Below are positions 6,747-10,981 of a stretch of DNA of 10,981 bases, piece after piece (positions within the stretch are counted from its first letter, which is position 1; every line of letters starts with the position of its first letter). This DNA is from Candidatus Thorarchaeota archaeon (GTDB lineage: Archaea > Asgardarchaeota > Thorarchaeia > Thorarchaeales > Thorarchaeaceae). The stretch spans positions 1 to 10,981 of the forward strand of contig JAEORO010000034.1 in assembly GCA_016840855.1 (NCBI GenBank), read 5' to 3'. The position numbers were made by a program, and so were the translations under genes. The notes beneath the pieces are model-generated. The model made no database searches and had not been told where the DNA came from. It worked only from the letters and a program-made list of their open reading frames with translations.

Positions 6747-7391
6747 ATGATAGAAGCGAAATTGGAGATTACTGCTGAAGGTTACTATTCATGCGATATC
6801 ACTAGAAAGATTCCTGTTAGAGTCATATTGGTTTCCATCAATGGTCCGCTCGGTTTTGGCATCATCGAAAGTCTGACTGGAAAAGAGAAACCACTTCTCG
6901 ATTATGTGAAAGAGCTAAAGAAATCAGATAGCATCGTTGAAATTCGAGTTACACATAGAGCGGAAGATCAAGTTTGGACAGAAGTCACTCACAAATTAAA
7001 GCAGAAATCAATTCATGAAACCATTCTTGAAAGTCGTTGCATGTCAAGACTACCTATAATCATTGAGGCTGGAAAACAAATACATCATCTTTTAGCTCCT
7101 GATCAGGAGGCTTTTCATTTAGCTTTTGAGAATCTCCGTTCGAGATTTTCAGGAGTACGAGTGAGGAGTATTCGTAGGTCTCCAAGTGGTTCATATGGTC
7201 CGAATCTCACTGAGAAGCAGTTTGATGCACTTAAAATAGCCATGATTAACGGCTACTATGATATTCCCAGAAAGAGTGAAATAAAACAGCTAGCAAAGAT
7301 GCTGAACATAAAACGAGTCGCTATGCAAGAACGTCTTAGGCGAGCAGAGAGGGCGATTATGCGACAATTTGCTGATGATTATTTACATTAA
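6747..7391 (+). CDS. HTH-10 (bacterio-opsin activator-like) transcriptional regulator
   Basis: C-terminal LTEKQFDALKIAMINGYYDIPRKSEIKQLAKMLNIKRVAMQERLRRAE (from 7206) matches HTH_10 (LT.RQ...L..A...GYYD.PR....ELA..L.IS......LRRAE). Alpha/beta N-terminal sensor-type domain. ATG 6747 preferred; alternative GTG 6735. Confidence 0.88.
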   Translation: MIEAKLEITAEGYYSCDITRKIPVRVILVSINGPLGFGIIESLTGKEKPLLDYVKELKKSDSIVEIRVTHRAEDQVWTEVTHKLKQKSIHETILESRCMSRLPIIIEAGKQIHHLLAPDQEAFHLAFENLRSRFSGVRVRSIRRSPSGSYGPNLTEKQFDALKIAMINGYYDIPRKSEIKQLAKMLNIKRVAMQERLRRAERAIMRQFADDYLH

Positions 7392-7439
7392 TCATGGACA
7401 AAAGTGAAATAGACATGTTGAATTGATACAGTGATTGCG

Positions 7440-7916
7440 ATGGTAGACCAAGAATATTTGCAGGATAAGAAAGTTCAGAAGATTGATACTGATATCAAGG
7501 ATTTCAAGATCCAACTTCAGAAAGCCGAGATGGACTTGGAGGGATTGGATGCTCGACTAGATGCTGAAGTTGAGAGCTACCGAGCAGCTGCAAAATCAAA
7601 ACGAGATTCTTATGAAATGATACGAACGCACCTGCGAGAAGCTGAGCGGGATTGGAAATCAGCTGACAAAGAATACCAAGATTCTAAGAAACAAAAGGAA
7701 AAATCTCGTTCAAGTCTTAAGAAAGAGGTCGAAACACTTCGCAGAAGAATACGTGATGCTGAAAGAGCCAAAGAGAAACGATTCCGAGAACTAGACAAAG
7801 AAAAGCACAAAATCGTTGAGAGGGCAAAGAGAGAAAAGGCTCGTGAGCTCGAAGAAACCAAGAATCAGGAATTAGAGCGAGTCGAGAACGAAAAGCGAAG
7901 AGAACTCGGTCTCTAA
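7440..7916 (+). CDS. Hypothetical highly charged all-helical / coiled-coil protein (158 aa)
   Basis: No Pro, two Gly, very rich in E/K/R/D, heptad-like hydrophobic spacing in the N-terminal half and tandem repeats at the C-terminus. Start ATG 7440 or GTG 7431. Confidence 0.75.
   Translation: MVDQEYLQDKKVQKIDTDIKDFKIQLQKAEMDLEGLDARLDAEVESYRAAAKSKRDSYEMIRTHLREAERDWKSADKEYQDSKKQKEKSRSSLKKEVETLRRRIRDAERAKEKRFRELDKEKHKIVERAKREKARELEETKNQELERVENEKRRELGL
7761..7913 (+). repeat. Degenerate 57-bp / 19-aa tandem repeat (about 2.7 copies) within coiled-coil CDS
   Basis: ERAKEKRFRELDKEKHKIV (7761-7817) / ERAKREKARELEETKNQEL (7818-7874) / ERVENEKRRELGL (7875-7913). ER and REL recur at an exact 19-residue spacing. 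Confidence 0.6.
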
Positions 7917-7943
7917 TCCATAGTTGTGTAGGAGATTTCAAGA

Positions 7944-8921
7944 GTGAACGCATATTTTACAATAGTACTTCTTGGTTTCATTTTATTCTTCATCGTGTGG
8001 GGACTTGGCTGGTTTCTTGAAAAGCTTTCACAAGCGATGCTTAGAACTACGCAGGATCCTGGCTCAAGGTCGTGGTACATGCTTGTTGGACCCGGTGTTG
8101 CACTGCATGAGTCATCACATGCACTTGGTTGCGTTTTTACAAGAACCGAGATTGTTGAGTTCAAACCTATCAATGTGGAGCGGAAAGGAGATCAAATAAT
8201 CTTGGGATACGTAAAATACATGAAACCCAAGAGTCGATTCAAGAATGCAATTATTAATCTAGCACCTATTGCAGTTTCACTAGTTTTACTCATCTTCTTC
8301 GCGTTTGGAGCAACCTATCTTGTACCAGATAGACCCGAACTTGGAACTAATGCATTGAATCTATTGAGTGATCTAATAAATTTGAAATCAAACCCAGCTC
8401 TTCTCTCTGATTGGATCTATCCATTGAATGCGATTGGCAGTTTTGTCTATACCTTCCTTTATACATTTGCAGGATTAACCGTCATTAATCCAGTATTTTG
8501 GATCATAGCTTTTCTAGCAATGACAATCATGTTTTCTAATGCACCGTCTAATGTCGATATCGAAAATGCTTCAGCTGGACTCAAGGTAATATTAGTGTTC
8601 AACATCGTCTGGTTGATTGTTGCATATTTCTTTCCACTTGCGGGATGGATATTATTTGGTCTATATGAAGCGCTAGCAGTACTTTTCTCTCTCGCGCTTG
8701 CATTCGCTGCAGTTGGATATGGATTCTTCATTCTAGTTGCGGCAATGGCCAAACTAAGGTCTCCATTTCAGATCCTTCCATTCTTAGGATGTATTTTGAC
8801 TGGACTTGCATTTTGGGTTTATGCCCCAACTATATCACTAGCAATGCAAACGATTGTATCGATTGGAATTTTTATCCTCATAGCTGTGCCAATGTTAATG
8901 ACTAAATCACTCAGAAAGTAA
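7944..8921 (+). CDS. Polytopic membrane zinc metalloprotease, M50/site-2-protease-like
   Basis: N-terminal TM helix, PGVALHESSHALGC (HEXXH 8106-8120), GYV beta-loop, INLAP (8253-8267), APSNVD (candidate third Zn ligand Asp 8556), and roughly 7-8 hydrophobic segments. GTG start with AGGAG at 7930-7934. Confidence 0.75.
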   Translation: MNAYFTIVLLGFILFFIVWGLGWFLEKLSQAMLRTTQDPGSRSWYMLVGPGVALHESSHALGCVFTRTEIVEFKPINVERKGDQIILGYVKYMKPKSRFKNAIINLAPIAVSLVLLIFFAFGATYLVPDRPELGTNALNLLSDLINLKSNPALLSDWIYPLNAIGSFVYTFLYTFAGLTVINPVFWIIAFLAMTIMFSNAPSNVDIENASAGLKVILVFNIVWLIVAYFFPLAGWILFGLYEALAVLFSLALAFAAVGYGFFILVAAMAKLRSPFQILPFLGCILTGLAFWVYAPTISLAMQTIVSIGIFILIAVPMLMTKSLRK

Positions 8922-8975
8922 ACGTAATACCTAATGTCTTATTCAGACTCCCGAATCTATCTTCAGTGTCTAGCC

Positions 8976-9323
8976 ATGGCAAAGATAGACCTTATTCGGA
9001 GACCTTCTTTAATTAGTCCAAGGCATCTTTTACGATATGTCTTCTTCACTGAGATGCAGGTAGAACAAGCTTCCAAAATCCTCAATACAATTATGGCTAA
9101 TGATGGAGTGATTAAGGATACCGACTGGGAACGTTTTGTGTTATCAAGTAGAGGTCTCTATGTCAAGGTAATGCGAAAACTTCGTGATGTGGGCTTGGTA
9201 GAGAAGCGGATGGGCGAGTTTCGACTCACAGAAGACTTCTCTAAGGCCATGGCTAAACTTGCTGATTACTGGACTCAAATTGTAAAGAGTTTCAGTGAGG
9301 GTGATAGGTCAATCGAGTTCTAG
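8976..9323 (+). CDS. Small winged-helix protein, hypothetical (115 aa)
   Basis: SRGLYVKVMRKLRDVGLVEKRMGEFRLTEDF resembles a wHTH recognition helix plus wing (L...GLV.K....F.L), followed by an amphipathic helix. ATG 8976 is preferred on composition; alternative ATG 8934. Confidence 0.65.
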   Translation: MAKIDLIRRPSLISPRHLLRYVFFTEMQVEQASKILNTIMANDGVIKDTDWERFVLSSRGLYVKVMRKLRDVGLVEKRMGEFRLTEDFSKAMAKLADYWTQIVKSFSEGDRSIEF

Positions 9324-9339
9324 AATTCACCGGAAACCA

Positions 9340-10920
9340 TTAGTCAACCTTGACTTCGCCTTCTTTGATATCCATCTTCTTAAGTGTTGACTTGACAGTT
9401 TCACCATCAATGTCGAGAACTCCAAGTTTGTGTAGTTCTCTTGCCCATTTCATAGCTTGACCCTTAGGAACTCCAAGAGACTTACCTAACTCAGTGAAGG
9501 TGACTGAGCCTACTTCATCCACAAGAAGGAGAACCTTTGTGTTACCTTCCATTCCTAGAACCTTAATGTAACGTTGAGTCCGTTCATTTGAAAGGTCTCG
9601 TTGCTGCAAGGCGATGTCTCTTTCTTTCTCCATCAAACGAGTAGCTTTTTCAAATGCTTCTTTTTGCATTTCAATGATCTTGACTTGTTCCTTGGTTTCT
9701 TTGTTCTCTCGTTCTAGTGTATGTATCTTTTCATCCATTTCCTTAATCTCTGAAAATCGATCTTGTATTTGATTGAGTTCAACCAATCTTTCTGCAGCTT
9801 CTTTTTCAGCAGCTAGCTTGTCTGCAATAAGATCTTCAATCTGTGTTTCTAATTGCTTGATATTGGCTGCTGCAACGTCTCCATCTTGACGTCTTTCTTC
9901 CAAGGTTGTTTCGAGAAGCTTAATCTTTGAGTTCAGCACTTCAATCTCTGCCTCTGTTTTTTCGGTCTGGGGTTTGGCAAGTGCTGCTTCTTCTTTGTAT
10001 ACCTCAATCTTACCCCATGCTTCATTTAGCTCATGTTTCAGTTCTTCTGCTTCTTTCCTTGCTTCCTCGATACCTTGGGTTCTTTTCTCAATCAGTGCAT
10101 CTTTGAGAAGCAGATCATCCTTGAGGTCTTTGACTTCTTCTTCTAACGCGGTTACACGTCGATCGTACTCCTCTTTGGAGATTTCAAGTGCTTTGCCGGT
10201 GTCAACCCTGGATTGGAGATTTCGAATCTCTAATTCTAGTTTTGTAATTTCCTGCTGCTTTTCAGCCAATTCTGTCCTTTGAGCAGCTGTTTCCTCTTCT
10301 AGGCTAGTCATGAATGACCTAACGATATCTTGTTGTTCAACAATTGTCCTGCGTAAGTCGACTTCAGACTCTCGGACGCGAAGGGCAAACTCCTTGAACC
10401 TTTCCTGCGTTTGCTCAACAATTTTGTCAACAAGATCTTTTTCCAATGCCGAAAACTCTGAATCTACAATGTCAACAAACATCGACTCAATGAAATTCTT
10501 ATAGAACTTCATTCTTAGACGCTCGACCATCTCTTCAGATATTCGAGTCTTCAAATCCACTACATTCCCTCTAAAAGCAAGTAGTTGCGCTGCGAAAACG
10601 CCAACTACACCTCGTTGAAGAGATGATATATCGGACCTCAGAGTTTCTAACTTCCTTAGAAGAGCGTCAAATCCCGCAACAGCATCCTCATCACCTGTGA
10701 CTTCACGAGGTGCTGATGTTTCTAGGTGCTCTACGAAATCGAGCGCGAGCGCTGCAGCGGATATTAGGTCTTCACCGTTTTCCACTGGCATGACTGTTTC
10801 GCCAGTTTCATCTACACCTTCCGCCAATCTCTCAAGCTCAGAATCAGAAAGAACAGCTCCTTTGAGGGCTTCATCTAGTGCAGCTTTTTCCTTGTCGGTG
10901 AGTTTCTTTCCAGACATCAT
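9340..10920 (-). CDS. Long coiled-coil protein with acidic N-terminal head and C-terminal winged-helix domain (526 aa)
   Basis: About 80 aa acidic head, about 120 aa amphipathic helical segment, about 250 aa E/K-rich coiled coil with one Pro break (ALAKPQTEK), then GNTKVLLLVDEVGSVTFTELGKSLGVPKGQAMKWARELHKLGVLDIDG (wHTH pattern, about 9546-9403). No Walker A/B motifs. Confidence 0.8.
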   Translation of the reverse strand: MMSGKKLTDKEKAALDEALKGAVLSDSELERLAEGVDETGETVMPVENGEDLISAAALALDFVEHLETSAPREVTGDEDAVAGFDALLRKLETLRSDISSLQRGVVGVFAAQLLAFRGNVVDLKTRISEEMVERLRMKFYKNFIESMFVDIVDSEFSALEKDLVDKIVEQTQERFKEFALRVRESEVDLRRTIVEQQDIVRSFMTSLEEETAAQRTELAEKQQEITKLELEIRNLQSRVDTGKALEISKEEYDRRVTALEEEVKDLKDDLLLKDALIEKRTQGIEEARKEAEELKHELNEAWGKIEVYKEEAALAKPQTEKTEAEIEVLNSKIKLLETTLEERRQDGDVAAANIKQLETQIEDLIADKLAAEKEAAERLVELNQIQDRFSEIKEMDEKIHTLERENKETKEQVKIIEMQKEAFEKATRLMEKERDIALQQRDLSNERTQRYIKVLGMEGNTKVLLLVDEVGSVTFTELGKSLGVPKGQAMKWARELHKLGVLDIDGETVKSTLKKMDIKEGEVKVD

Positions 10921-10924
10921 TTAT

Positions 10925-10977
10925 TCCCCTACAGCAAGCTCATTGTGTACAACGCTTCGCTATGTATAAGCTTTGCG
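10925..10977 (-). promoter_or_regulatory. Putative archaeal promoter (BRE/TATA) and RBS for the 526-aa gene
   Basis: On the - strand: CGCAAAG followed by CTTATACA (10970-10963), then AGGGGA (10930-10925) just before ATGATG (10920). Confidence 0.4.
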
Positions 10978-10981
10978 AGAA

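Noticed and set aside
7440-7916. ESCRT-III/PspA or prefoldin assignment
   Set aside because: No visible hairpin turn or short-helix organisation, no acidic MIM-like tail, no beta-hairpin; only generic helical composition.
6747-9323. Read-through polyprotein across the four right-hand + strand genes (all frame 3)
   Set aside because: Each junction contains a second in-frame stop after the gene's own stop, so single read-through cannot fuse them.
9340-10920. SMC/Rad50 assignment for the long coiled-coil protein
   Set aside because: No Walker A, signature or Walker B motifs, no hinge or CxxC zinc hook, and too short.
305-10969. Short alternative-frame and antisense ORFs (e.g. 305-622, 1143-1529, 4388-4732, 6139-6546, 7610-7861, 9974-10282, 10697-10969)
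   Set aside because: All overlap well-supported genes, and many show the Ser/Leu/Phe-rich composition expected from the reverse complement of Glu/Lys/Arg codons; no motifs seen.
1-10981. CRISPR array, tRNA/rRNA, IS element or integrase
   Set aside because: Intergenic gaps are at most about 115 nt, with no spaced repeats, cloverleaf, terminal inverted repeats or transposase/recombinase motifs seen by eye.

Overview
Gene-dense, AT-rich archaeal chromosomal window. The evidence is TrmB and HTH-10 regulators, a Sulfolobus-type geranylgeranyl reductase and GGTGA/GGAGG ribosome-binding sites; an Asgard (Thorarchaeia-like) origin is plausible but only inferred. The left half is a tightly packed + strand operon: TrmB regulator (5'-truncated), geranylgeranyl reductase, an uncharacterised cytoplasmic M23-like zinc protein, a LipS2-type radical SAM lipoyl synthase, and a split lipoate-protein ligase (LplA + LplB). 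The middle holds a hypothetical gene and an EamA/DMT transporter on the - strand, divergent from an HTH-10 (Bat-like) regulator, with a palindrome between them. The right half has a charged coiled-coil protein with a 19-aa repeat, an HEXXH membrane metalloprotease (M50-like) and a small winged-helix protein, converging on a 526-aa head/coiled-coil/winged-helix protein. I saw no RNA genes, CRISPR arrays or mobile elements. The best candidates for a novel system are the lipoate operon with its unexplained M23-like and GGR members, and the coiled-coil/protease/wHTH cluster.
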